A stretch of 64,000 bases of DNA, taken from Euprymna scolopes (lineage: Eukaryota). The DNA is taken from NCBI GenBank assembly GCA_053919585.1, contig CM132801.1. One strand, given 5' to 3'. Both the position numbers and the translations under genes were made by a program. This document shows positions 13,451 to 25,624 of the stretch, piece by piece. Numbering within the stretch: the first letter of the stretch is position 1; every line of letters begins with the position of its first letter. Below the pieces are notes generated by a model that worked only from the letters and a program-made list of their open reading frames with translations, made no database searches and was not told the origin of the DNA.

Positions 13451-14420
13451 CTAGTAGGGCACCTGGTGCTTCCCGATCTTAAAAAAGTGACAGACGGAGA
13501 GCAAAAACAAAAACAAAAAATAATTGTGACAACGATGACTGAGGACGAGTCGTTGCATGTCGTAACAAAACAAAACGGGACTTGGGTGCAATCAGCTAAA
13601 AGCAAAACCGAAAGCAAAATTATTTTGTAAGCAAAAAAAAAAAAAAAAATGACGCATAACTTAAGTTACTATGCCAACGTGTTATCAATGGTCCCAGGAA
13701 GACACAGATGTTATATTGTTAAAAATTTAGCGATTTTAAACGAAAGAACTTTCGCGTCAAAACAAGGTTTTATCTTATTCCCATTAAACAAAACGAAATT
13801 TTTAAAGATAGAATTTACGATTTTTTCTACATTTTGGTATTATGTCTTCGAAAGATCACTCTTATTAACGGCACTACGTTTGTGGCTGTATGATGCGGAT
13901 GGCAAAAGTTTTTAGCGGGCATAAAATGCACGCGCAAACACATAAAAACTGAGATGTATATAATAGTATAACGGAGGGAACTCGGCGTTATCTGGTCCTA
14001 AAATAATATTGTGACAGCGGAGGGGAGAAAAAATAATTATGACAACGGAAGCTGAGGCGACGTTGTCTGGTCTTGCATAACTTGAGTTAGCAAACGAATG
14101 CCTTATCGATGGGCCCACAGGAACACATATATTATAGCGTCGCAAATTTAGCTATTTAAAACGAAAGGACATAACATGAACGTAACGTGACAGCTTGCGT
14201 ATGCAGTTTGCAAACCGCGTCAAAAGCAACGTTTTTATTTGACCCTCTTCAAACAAAACCACATTTCTACACAAAATAATTGGCTATTTTTTTCTTAAAT
14301 TCAGGTAGTATATGTCCGAGAGATCACTTTTTATAACGATACCACGTTCGTGCCTGACAAAAGTTTTTAGTGGACATAAAACCATATACAAATACACATA
14401 CGTCTGAGATTTATATAATA
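13451..14420 (-). mobile_element. Two tandem Helitron-like non-autonomous units (about 13451-13967 and 13968-14420)
   Basis: The two halves are diverged direct repeats (agatcact.tt.taacg..ac.acgtt.gtg..tg..aaagtttttag.gg.cataaaa...ctgagat.tatataata). The minus-strand end at 13451 is gggaagcaccaggtgccctaCTAG|T. It abuts another unit start carrying (TCTG)n/(TATG)n at about 13380-13448. Confidence 0.6.
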
Positions 14421-15379
14421 AATTTATTTTAACAATAAAAACTGCATTGCTTTCATTTCAAATTTTACTGTGTTTTCTTTGTATTTTTAATTATTACGTT
14501 TAAGTGCAGAATAGTTACAAAATACCCTGTTTTCCCTCCTCCTACAAGTCCCATGTTAAGACTGGGTTTCATGATTTTTTGTTGAAAGCGTGCAAACTCT
14601 TGTGTAAGAAGATGCTATATTTACTCATATAGCTGTGAGCGAATGGGCAGTTTCCCATAAGAATCTGCAATTGTATTTAAAAAGTATTCACTTCTCAATT
14701 AAATTGTTTTACCATGACAATAAGTCCCAAGGAGTAGCTCATTTTGCTTTAACCAGGTGCAGTTTGATGTAGGATGTTCACAGGTAGGCTCCTCACAATG
14801 TCTTTATATATGTAGTAAGGTACGGTATCAGATATTGTCTATCAAAAAAATTATACAAACAACAAAGTACATGCCACATTTCATAAATACATTCGTTTAC
14901 AAAAACTCAATTAACTTATGTCATTTCATATTTATATGTACTTATTGACTGATTATAGATTCGACTCTCATAAACAACAAACAATCGACATGCATCACTA
15001 GTCACACTTTATTGATACCCTTTATTCAACAACTATCGCAGAATGCATTTAGTCTTTTACCCTGAACAAATTCCAAGAAAGCATTGTATTGCTTTATTTT
15101 TTATAGTAGTCGATGTCGGAAAAACATACCAAATTTTTACCAAAATAGAATAACCACAAAGGTTCAAATGTAACGTCAAAGATTATGGTTGCTAAAGCTA
15201 TAAAATATTAAAGGCGACTTTCAGCGTCAGCCATGTTTTTGAATATAAGGCGACTCGCCTTTCAGCGTCTATTATGTTTTTGTATATAAATAACGTAGTA
15301 AGTTCGAAGATACATTGATACATTTATTTTTATATCATAATTTATTATTTTATAAATTTATAATCTGCAGATAGGCTCT

Positions 15380-16860
15380 TTGTAGTCCAGGATTGCTATG
15401 TACGCCCCCTGCTGCCGCCACTCCCTCAGTTTATGTGCACAGACGTGAGCCCCCGCTGTGCGTGAGTAGACGTGTTCATTGAGTTCCCGGTAATCCATGA
15501 CGGGTCGGACCTTCTATTTATTCTTTTGTCTGACGGCCACCAGGGGTCCATCTGGGTGGTCCAAGCTAATCTTCTGGGTACGGAACCAGCCAGTCATTAT
15601 CCATCCAAACCTGGAATTCTTCCTCGTACTCCCCCCCCAAGCCACGCGGGAGGCGGATACTCCGTCAGCCGATTCCGCAAGGACACTTCCAGGACGCGGG
15701 CCACACGTTTGTGCCCTTGTCATATTCCGCGTGGAAGTCGGGTTCATCAAGAGTGATTGCCGCGTAGACCTGTTCTTTGTGTTGGGAAAACCTCACATCA
15801 CCGGTGCCGTCCACGGTGATTCCACCCAGCTGTGTAATAGTGTCCATTCCAAGGAGAAGGTCGTATCCAAGAATCTCCCTGTCGACCACCAGTCCCTTCA
15901 CAGCCACTGGGGGGGGGCATCGTCAATGCTTATATGGATAATGCTCATCCCACAACACACCAGCGAGCCTCCGCCAACGGTTAATACTGGGACCTTTTTC
16001 GTCCATTCGGTGTAACATTTCTTGTGTATGAGGGTTTGGGTGCATCCGGTGTCAACCAGCGCTGAGCACCTACACCCATCAACTCGCACTGTAACTAAAG
16101 GAGGCGCCTTGTTCAGTGTTGCTTTAGGGAGGGTGCTGGCGCCGCGGCTCCTTCCCTTGCTCGTTTCTCAGACAATTCCATGCTACGTGGCCTGGCTTGT
16201 CGCATCGGTGACAGCGTCATCGTTTCCATGCTCCATAGTTCGGGGTGCGCTTTACACCGCTTCTGCAGTCTCTGGCGAAGTGGTTGGGGCCACCAGATTT
16301 GTAGCACCGTGGGCACTCTGTAGGCGATTCCAGTGTGTCAACCGCTGCCGAGACCTCCAACTCAAGTTCATTGAGCTTCGTCGACGCCCGCAACAGCTGA
16401 CTGGCGTCATCCGGGAAACCAGACAAAAAGGAGCATGCCAATACTCGATCGCTTGCATCGCCAAAGGGAGCAGCAAGCTTCTTCAGGTCGGCCAAGTAGA
16501 CGTCCACAGTCTCCCCTGACCCAAGCCGATGTTCAGAGAACTGCCTCCAGACAACAAAAGGGTTCCACCGAATGCTCTGTACAATGCTTGGTTTATCTGC
16601 TCCATTGTCCCCTCATGCCGAGCTGGTACAGGGCATAAGCTCCCTTAGTGAGCCTCAATGGGATGACCATAGCTGGATCTTTAATTTTGCACAACCGGCA
16701 AACGCGCTTAGCCTTCTTCAGCCATTCAACCACCGAAGGACCAGCTGGGGACCCGTCAAATTCGGGTATGAACTTCATGTCAAATCTGTCCATGGTAAAA
16801 AATGTACGCCGAAATAGCTTGACGTTGCAAAGAAAAAAAAAAGAACACACAAAACTTTAG
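15380..16860 (-). mobile_element. Gypsy/Ty3-type LTR retrotransposon internal fragment: gag, aspartic protease, start of pol (frameshifted)
   Basis: gag start MDRFDMKFIPEFDGS..VVEWLKKAKRVCRLC; two zinc knuckles CYKSGGPNHFARDC and CHRCDKPGHVAWNC (about 16173-16214); protease ALVDTGCTQTL and YDLLLGMDTITQLGG. GC content is clearly above the flanks. No LTR pair identified. Confidence 0.85.
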
Positions 16861-17399
16861 CTCACTGCAGTAGCGTCGTCCGTCAGTACTTTCTGTAGAT
16901 TCGTTTTCACCTCTGTGTCATCTGCTTCAGTGGCCTGTTTTTATAAAAGACAGAGTCTTCTAAATTTGCATATTTGCATATGTGCGTGAAAGTACACGAG
17001 ACTCAGCGAGACTGCATTATTATATAGCGATGCAGGCGCCATCTTGGGCCCTTTTCAGCATCATGACGCTACGTCGGCAAAGTGCACACCAAGGCCGTTT
17101 AAGAGGTAAGCCTGCGTTCACACAATTTTCGCCACAAACACACCATGACTGAAAAAGCAGTTCAGCGTACAGTTCCTGGGCATCTCCTCCTTGATCAGTG
17201 CCTTACACAAGTTACAGACAAAGTACTTTGCGATTATCCTGGTTTTGCACACTTGTAAAAATCTTGAGACGTTGTATTGTTGGACACTGACAGGGGACAT
17301 TCACTTGGATTCTGTCATCATTTCTACTTGCTTTAGAGAAATTGTCCACTTCTTGCCCATCAAAAGAAATGAATTATCCGCTCACCCTCCCACCAGTAA

Positions 17400-18935
17400 A
17401 CTATGGCTGAATTAACAATAAATGGTAGGAATCGTAAGGAGGCTCAGCGAGGCCGATTGTACAGGATTCTGGCTAACACACCCTCATCCTGCAAGTGAAT
17501 GTTAGCCCATTTTTGCAGCTGTTTGGCATGGAAACTATGTGATTTACTTTTAGCTTCAGCCCATGCCCACCTTGGAACATGTTATCGGTGTTGCATAGAT
17601 TTATGAGTGGCTTGCATGTTGTAAAGCTTACTGATAAGTACTAGGCAGGCTTGGTGAAACCCAGTCGTCGAGCAAGCTATGATGCGCTCTTTAAAAACTG
17701 CAGGAGAATTCACCAGATAAAGTGGAATGTTCGAACATCAGAGGGCTTTGCTGTTTCCTATTCCTACAGTGAGACAATGCAGGATTTCACTCGCCAGAGA
17801 TTTGTCACCAGTGAACAACACAAGGACGCAGGAGCATCAAGGATCAAAAGAAACGTGGATACCTAAAGAAAATTGCAGATAAACTCAATATCTTTTACCC
17901 TTTCTCTGATGAAGTATCTCTTCGCAATATTATCACCGATACCACGCAAATCAGGATGTGAATATCTATGATTTGTTTTTTATAGCAAAGGAATAAAGGC
18001 AAGATGGCGAGTCAATCACTGTTTTTCGTTTCGTACAAGCGATCTATGAGAACTAAGATCTGGTGTCTAGTGTGTCAGTTGACATTGCTAAGGGCAACGC
18101 AATAAACCCCGCTCTTTTGTTCTGCTGATATTTTCTTTGATGAGGTTATGGCTAATGAACTTACACTATGCTCATCATTCTTCTTTGAGGACAAACGTCT
18201 GTTACACAAACCAAACAAAGCACAACTGATGGCTGCTATAAACGAACAGAGTTACTCAAGGATGTGCCAGAAGTGAAACATAACGTTCTTGACGAAGGTT
18301 CTCTTCTCCATCAAATGAAGTGGTTAGAAGGAAAGACATATTGTTCAATCTCTGACAACAATGAATCATTCAGAGTAAAGCACTATGTTAAGCCTACGAT
18401 AGTATTTGTTTGTTACATTACAAACACTAAGGATATTTCCCATGAAAACGTCGCCAAAATCTAACAAGTAACAAAGTGAACATTGCTGAAGGAACTAAAT
18501 TTGTCGGGGAAAAACAGTTTCTTATCAATATTATTTCACAACACATTAATCGCCAGAGATTGCCACATAATATAATCAAAAGGAATGCAGATGTGGAAGT
18601 TTTGAAGGCAGTAATATAAATGTCATCCAACAATATTACTAGTGTCATTGGTGAAGATGCAGATCCATTGGTTTTGTTACTTTATCACACGTCAATAAGC
18701 GATGACTACTAGCTTTATTTCTACTTCGATAAACAGTATATGACATTTCTATTATTAAGGAATTGCTTGAATACGATATCTGCAGCAGTTTTCTGTTCAT
18801 GCATGCTTTCACACGATGAGATATGCCATCCGCGGTTTTGGAATCCGAAAAAAAATAAGGTTTTAAAAAGAGACTCTCTTAAAGAGATATGTCAAGATGT
18901 TTTTCACACCTAAGAAAAACATAACTGGGATTGAA
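17400..18935 (+). mobile_element. Academ-like (AcademX) DNA transposon remnant with XPG/PIN-like domain
   Basis: Frameshifted fragments EADCTGFWLTH, PIFAAVWHGNYV, VLDEGSLLHQMKW..HYVKPTIVF, ADVEVLKAV, VIGEDADPLVLLLYH and FLFMHAFT. These resemble the RTGDW.LH / P.F.AAGH.NY transposase motifs and DGG.LL / DAD / EDTD / HA.TGCD XPG-type motifs recalled for Academ proteins. Confidence 0.6.
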
Positions 18936-18938
18936 GAA

Positions 18939-20427
18939 TGGGTCTAAACATTTTAAATTTTACATAAAGGATATTCAGACATAAAGCATGCTTCTTAATC
19001 AGTTTTTGGGCGAAATTTTGGCTGGCAAAAGGTCAAAGTTGACAGAGCTGACCTTTACAAACTCTCAAAAACTCCTCCGCGAAGTTTAGGTCTAAACACT
19101 AGTAATTTTAGATGTGGGTTAGTTGGACATGTGTCCAACATTTAAATATAATTTTAGCCCAAAACAATAAATGTTAAAGGGTCAAAATTGGGGTCAAAGT
19201 TAAAATAAATTCAACCTTTGCGTTCTCTACCAATATTTCTATATGGTAGTTAAGGAGGACTATCATATAGAAAGGCATTGTCGTACATATTCACACTTTT
19301 AATATATACATATGCACATAAAGTTATGAACAGTACATATGGCCCGAGCAAAGCCGGGCGGAATTGCTAGTATATATAAAAGTGAAAGTGTCTGTCTGTT
19401 TGTGTACATTTCCCCACCAAACAACTCTGTCAATCATCAGTCTAAAGACCCGAAATATATATAGGGTACTGAGATTTGGGAAAATCTTTGTAGTCGACTA
19501 CCACACTTTTTTTTGCTCAACATACACCTCCAAACACCAAGGCAACGCTGGGCTGAAATGCTAGTATATCTATAAAAGTCAAAGTGTCTGTCTGTCTGTG
19601 TGTGTCTGTCTGTGTACAATTATCTACGCAATAGCTTTGTCACTTTTCAGTCTACAGACTCGAAATTTGATATACATATACAGGGTATTGAGATTTGGGG
19701 AAATCTTTGTAATCCGTTTTCGGCCAGAAATTTAGATTTGATCTTTGAGAACTCTACCAAGCTCCTCCGCTAATTTTGGGTATAAATACTTGAAATTTTG
19801 GATGTAGTTTTCCTTGACATGGATCTAACTTAATAACCTTTTGTGAGCACAAAACAGTAAATGTTAAGGGTCATAATAGGGGTCAAATTAAAAAAAAATT
19901 GACCTCTGCGGTCTCTACAAATTACTCAGACAATTTCTGGTCTAAACATTTGAAATTTTACAAGGAGGTTATTCAAGGGAAAGCTTTTTAATCGGTTTGG
20001 GTCTAAAATTTGAGTTACCAATACATAAATGTATGTATATATGTTTGCATGTCGGCTTAACACTTTCGACAGATGCAACGGATTTTCACAAGATCAGTTA
20101 CGTTTTGAAGCTCGAGCTTTCAGATGACAAATACCGAAATATTGGCTAAAAACATTAATTTCTTCACCCTTAACTGGGAGCTTTTCTAAAGGGAGGGGTC
20201 ACTTTTTTCGCCAATATTTTCGAAAGTCATCTCCTCTTTTCGATTGTCTAGCCTTGATTTAAACCTACGTCACTTCCGGTGTGGTCGTAACAGCAAAGAC
20301 GTCACGTTTTTCTCCCGTTCTTTTCCTCCTTCACAGTACGGGTCTGAGCCTATCTTCCTACTACCACTTTTATTTTTATCTCAACACACACCTCCAAACA
20401 CCCGGGGAACGCCGGTCACCCATGCTA

Positions 20428-20428
<1 letters not shown>
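18939..20428 (+). mobile_element. Head-to-tail array of non-autonomous Helitrons (3' ends at 19370, 19564, 20428)
   Basis: Three hairpin+CTAG termini: cccgagcaaagccgggcggaattgCTAG, ccaaggcaacgctgggctgaaatgCTAG, cccggggaacgccggtcacccatgCTAG. The first two are directly followed by a new unit start tata..taaaagt.aaagtgtctgtctgt. 18939-19370 is homologous to 52415-52845. Confidence 0.85.
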
Positions 20429-20473
<45 letters not shown>

Positions 20474-20487
20474 GATGCGATAACTAA

Positions 20488-20552
20488 TGACTACACATAT
20501 GCAAACATGTTTCAGTGACCACCCTGCTAGGGAAAATCACCTCATCAGGCCA
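20488..20552 (-). ncRNA. Type I hammerhead ribozyme
   Basis: Minus strand: TGGC CTGATGA GGTGA-ttttccctagcagggtgg-TCACT GAAA C-atgtttgcatatgt-G TA GTCA. Intact core, stems I, II and III can pair, GUA cleavage triplet. Confidence 0.8.
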
Positions 20553-21138
20553 AGAATATCCACGAGAGTATTCCTCAAAAACATTACCTCTTTTTATAAT
20601 TAAAACCAATAAATAGGCTAATGTCATTTCCAAGGTTAAGACATCTAAGATAGGTTACCGCATTATACAAATTGATGTGGGATATAATTGTATAGTTATG
20701 CTTTTTTTTCAAACATATTCATTTCTATTCTGTACATTACATACATTCATCAGTAAAGATTAATAATCCAATCTTTATTCATTATACTAGTTATTTGTAA
20801 AATAGATAATATAAGTTTAAAACATAACATTACATTTAAAACAGGCGATTAAACGTTAAAAACTAAATAAAATTATGAGATGATAGATTAACGATTGAAT
20901 AAGTAGTAAATAAAATATCAATGAGATAGTTATTTATGATTACATAGTTTAAACAGTTACGTTTTATATCAGAATAATTCATTATTTTATTTATATTCCT
21001 CGACTACGAAGATATAAATCGTTTAACTTATAAGGGTTATTACATTTAAAACAGGTGACTAACGTAAAAAAATAAAATGGAATGATTTATTAATGATTGA
21101 ACTAAGTAGTTAAGAATTTCAATGAGATATTAAAAATT

Positions 21139-21183
<45 letters not shown>

Positions 21184-21509
21184 AGAAAATAAGGCAACTT
21201 GAAGTAAAAGTACTATGCATAATTTATATTTAAATCAATCTGGCTAAGAGTATATATCTATTTCTATCTTATTAACCTACCCATGTTTAAACTAAAAAAT
21301 TCATTATAGATTAACGATTAAAATAAGTAGTGAATAAAAATATGTATGGGATCATGTTTAAAATGGATAGATTTAATATGCGATAAATAATTAAAAATTA
21401 AACTAGGTATTGAATAACTTTCAATCAAACTTCCTCTTTTACTCAATATAAAATATATAAGTTTATTTATTTAAATTAACAACTTACTATTATTTTAGTA
21501 ATATGGTTT

Positions 21510-21860
21510 TTATAATTTCTTTAGTGTATGAATTTGAAAATGTTTACAATAAATAGCTGTTTCCTGTTTTATATTTAAAAGTTTGGCACGATCTTTAAAT
21601 TTAGTTATCTCCAGCTTTTCATGTAGGCATAGAAAACACGTTGTCTGTAATGAAAGGCATACGTTAGCTTTTTTAATGATTTTCCATTCCAATCTAGGTC
21701 TTTTATTCTCTTTAATAAATTTCCAGTAGTATATTGATAAGGAAGTATCTTTCTCATATTTTTTATTCATCATAGAACTTTTATGCCCAAAGAATCTCTC
21801 CTTACATGTTAATTGCGTACTACCTATATAAAACTTTTCTTCATTTGGGGGTTCCCTTAT
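21510..21860 (-). pseudogene. GIY-YIG endonuclease domain of a Penelope-like element (5' truncated)
   Basis: YIGST motif, conserved R (KERF), H, E (HEK) and N (LLN), plus a C-x2-C...C-x-H tail. No upstream RT is present. Confidence 0.85.
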
Positions 21861-21933
21861 ATATATATTTCGGCCTTTTCGATTATTTTGGGCCATCTTC
21901 CAATTACGCGACTCCCTTGGATTTTACTTGTGC

Positions 21934-22256
21934 GAATGGAAATTTAACTAACTTTCTTGGATTTGTATTTTTTTGGATTTTACCGTCATTGAATACTTTA
22001 CCCTTCACCAGACTATCCATTTACGTGAAATTACCTTTTTCTTCACCCTATTCCCTCTGCTTCACTTTTTGTTATCAAGTAAGATCTTTGAATAACTTGT
22101 TGTTTCATCAAATACTTTTGCATGCAAAATCCGATCCCGCATTTTGCTAATTCCTACCCTCTGATGAGAAGGAAAGTATTTCTTCGAAACTCCACGGATT
22201 AAGGACTATCCACTTATCTAGATTTTTGCATGTTTTATTAACTATTTGCTCTTATG
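21934..22256 (+). mobile_element. Hammerhead-bearing pLTR-like cassette, copy A (ends at TA tract)
   Basis: Diverged direct repeat of 22596-22963; ends ..ttaacta/gtttgctctta just before (TA)n. Confidence 0.7.
22158..22204 (+). ncRNA. Hammerhead-like motif (type I, non-canonical stem III)
   Basis: CCT CTGATGA GAAGGA-aagtat-TTCTTC GAAA C TCCACGGA T TA AGG. Core and stem II are good; C15.2 faces U. Confidence 0.6.
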
Positions 22257-22305
<49 letters not shown>

Positions 22306-22435
22306 AAAATTAGAATTTAATTTACCAAAATGATCCAAGATGGTAAAATTATAAATATTAAAGAATTAATATTTATAAAATTATCTCAGCCAGATATGAA
22401 AGCTCGATAATACCAAATAGGAAATAGAGCTTATA

Positions 22436-22959
22436 ATATGAGCAAACAGTTAATGAAATATGTTAAAAAACACTTTGAAATGAGTTAAAAACATATTTAA
22501 TCTGAAAAATCCAGTGACGGTTAAATCCAAATGTAAAACTTCAAGAAAGTTAAAAGAATTTCCATTTGTACAAATTGTACAAATGTACATTTGTACAAAT
22601 GGAAATTCTTTTAACTTTCTTGAAGTTTTACATTTGGATTTTACCGTCACTGGATTTTTAATCTTCCACCAGACTATCCATTAATGTGTAATCACCTTTT
22701 TCTTTACCATATTCCCTCTGCTTAACTTATTTGGTTTTCAAGTAAGATCTTTGACTTATTTGTTGTTTCATCAAATACTTCTGCATGCAAAATCCGATCC
22801 CGCATTTTGCTAATTCCTACCCTCTGATGAGAAGGAGAGTATTTCTTCGAAACTCCGCGGATTTAGAACTATCCATTTATCTAGTGTTTCTTTTTCAGAT
22901 TAAATATGTTTTTAACTCATTTCAAAGTGTTTTTTAACATATTTCATTAACTGTTTGCT

Positions 22960-22963
<4 letters not shown>
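22436..22963 (+). mobile_element. Hammerhead-bearing cassette copy B with an inverted, internally deleted 5' duplicate
   Basis: 22505-22575 is the reverse complement of about 22588-22659 around tgtacaaatgtaca. 22439-22509 is the reverse complement of 22891-22961. Confidence 0.75.
22821..22867 (+). ncRNA. Hammerhead-like motif (paralogue of 22158-22204)
   Basis: CCT CTGATGA GAAGGA-gagtat-TTCTTC GAAA C TCCGCGGA TTT AG. Palindromic stem III, weak stem I. Confidence 0.5.
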
Positions 22964-23001
<38 letters not shown>

Positions 23002-24133
23002 TTCAGATTGTGAAAGATACAAACAAGAAAGTTTCCACACACTATAGGATAATAGCAATGAAACGTACTATTGTAAACTTATATTCGTATATTTGAATAT
23101 ATAGACCCATACTTGCTACACATATATACGTAGCGAACAAATGAAAATTCATGAAAGCTCATGAAACAACGCGAAATAAATCAGAAATGTTCTCTATGTT
23201 AAATGAACAAAAATATTGAAAAGACACGCTGAATAAACTAATAAATAATCTTCCAATGGTTGTTTGTAATAATAATTTCGAAAGCACAGAATATAAGCAG
23301 ATAAATGAGCGTGAGAGACAAAATGAGAGAGAATAATGAAATTTACAGCGGTTCATTCATTTGTACAAAAAAACTGTCCGAAATAAATTGTTAAACGAAA
23401 CACAAATGAAGAAGACAGATATCACGATGAATGATTTTGAGCTAATATTTTAAAGGCGGCTGTAGACGAAAAAATTCGAAGGGAGGAGAAAGAAATGATA
23501 AATAAGAAATGAAATATAAACAATACGTAAATTAAACGAACACGTAATATCTAATTACTTGTTCAGTTCTGATTCGACATGTTTATTTTTCATTTTTTTA
23601 GATTGTTTTCGGTATGCGGTCCAATAAGCTTTTTGGCTGATAATAGATTTAGATAGACATTATGTTTTTGTAGTTTGCATCGGATCTATTTATGAGTTTT
23701 TACTCGTGTGCTTTCCTTATCAAAAGAAACATTAATGAAAGAAGTAATAATAATTTTAATGACCACTGTAGAAACAAGAATAGTATTGCCTTAGGAAAAC
23801 GAGAATTTGAAATAGTTGAGCTGTCTGTTTTAATATTATGATCATTTAAATGAAAACATTGTGTTGCCGTAATTTCCTGAATGTGTGCTTCATTGTATTT
23901 CACTTTATTTCAATAGATTTAAGTTGTTCAATAAAAACCCGACACAATTTCTGTTTAAAACTTTTTAAAGAACAGACGAAAGTAATCACAGATTTCTTTT
24001 AAAGTTATACTAACTGTTAGTTATCTGTACTATAATATGAGTTTGTGTGTGTATCCGAAACCCGGAAAATAATTGAGTGTGACATGATGTTAAATAACAT
24101 CCGATGTTCTATTGAATAATTAAAGAATAGAAA

Positions 24134-24188
24134 CCTAAGATGGTTTATATTCCTAAGATGGTTTATATTCCTAATGATGGTTTATATT
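24134..24188. repeat. 18-bp tandem repeat x3 (cctaagatggtttatatt)
   Basis: Direct reading; the third copy has one extra t. Confidence 0.9.
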
Positions 24189-25150
24189 GCTGATAAAAAT
24201 AATGTTCAAAATTTGGATTGCAAGTACTCATCTCATGTTTCAAGAGAAATGGTCATTTGCATATTACAGGGGATCCATATCTTTAATGATTTGTGACTTA
24301 AAAAAAGGGTGTTAAACGTTCACCAAAAAGATTTCCGTAGGAAGCCTATCATCGTACGAAATGCAACTATTTTCCAGTGAATCTTAGCTCAATATCTCGT
24401 TAAATGTGAATTTACTTTGATTGAATAATGCGTGCAAAATATTGTGAGAAAATATCTGAAAAATTCTTCACGATTTTTTAAAGTTGGTTGAATGACTACC
24501 TTTGCAAGTTATTTCATTTTTTTGAATAGTTGCATTGTATATCATTTTGATATTAACAAGAAACATATTTTTATGAGTTATACATACTTAAACGGGAATA
24601 AATTACAGGTGATTCAGTTAATGGATACTTTTTCGACCTACAGAAAAGATGATGCTGAATGTATTGTGATTATCTGTGATAAACATGCACATCAGAAATT
24701 AACTAGATTAACGAACAAAAGCAAAACTTGGATTCCACTAGTATATACAGTAACTATTGTGTACAACACGTATTACTATTAGTATTAAAAGGCATTCAAA
24801 TAGTTACGATGCTCTCAAGCAGTCTCACAACTTTAATAAAAGAGCAGTCGTGATTTATTCCTTAATCAGGAATCGTCTTAATTATTTTATACTTCTAATC
24901 TAGTTTGAAACATTCATTTCTATAGGTTTTCACTTCGAAAACCTTCAAAATTTATTTAATTTTATTGTTGTAATCAAGGAATTATTTGAAGACATTGTTT
25001 AGACAGATTCATGTGTTTCATATTACACATAAATTCAGCGTAACTGTGCTAACATTGTTCGTATTTTGTAATGCAAATGACGAGAAAAGTAACGAGTAAT
25101 GAATCGGAAATATTTGTGAAATGATTGTCATATAAAATTATTGTCATATA

Positions 25151-25181
<31 letters not shown>

Positions 25182-25553
25182 TTATATATTTTGTATGTAT
25201 TTTGTATATATGGTTAAATGTATTACGTAATGAAATTTAACTTAGTAAAAATATTCTAGTAGAAATAGCCCTAACGCATTTATAAATATGTCTTATATAT
25301 CTCTGTAAGTCTCTAGAATACATTTTGTTCTAAGCTAGAACAGAAATTGTGAATGTACATCATGAAACTAATGAAACAAAAAATAAATATTATAAATATT
25401 TGATTTTTGATGCTGAACTGAAATATCTAAATCACTAAAAATAGCCTATATTAATTTCAGAAAGTATGACAACCAAGAGAAGATGAAAAATCATTAAAAC
25501 CACAATTGGAATAAAATTAGAATGAGAATACATTAGTAAGGTAATCAGGACAC

Positions 25554-25621
<68 letters not shown>

Positions 25622-25624
<3 letters not shown>

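Larger units (their letters stand above)
20470..21860 (-). mobile_element. Penelope-like element 3' fragment (Neptune-like): GIY-YIG C-terminus, about 1 kb AT-rich 3' region, terminal hammerhead, inserted at (TA)n
   Basis: ORF 21510-21896 reads KFYIGSTQLTCKERFFGHKSS..TSLSIYYW..LEWKIIKKA..CFLCLHEKLEI..LLNIKQE..CKH. Same-strand hammerhead at 20488-20552. The 3' region contains internal imperfect repeats (ttacatttaaaacagg x2; ttaa.gatt.aa.taagtagt-like x3). Confidence 0.85.

Noticed and set aside
17118-17300. CNLC..MPRNCTLN peptide reminiscent of a Helitron RepHel N-terminal region, with a tandem ATTTGCAT octamer nearby at about 16963
   Set aside because: Too short, and no Rep or helicase motifs follow.
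21855-21903. Minus-strand TGGAAGA-T-GGCC..GGCC-GAAA-TATATA motif at the 5' edge of the GIY-YIG fragment
   Set aside because: Two core mismatches and no stem I, so not counted. It does suggest the first residues of ORF 21510-21896 are not real protein.
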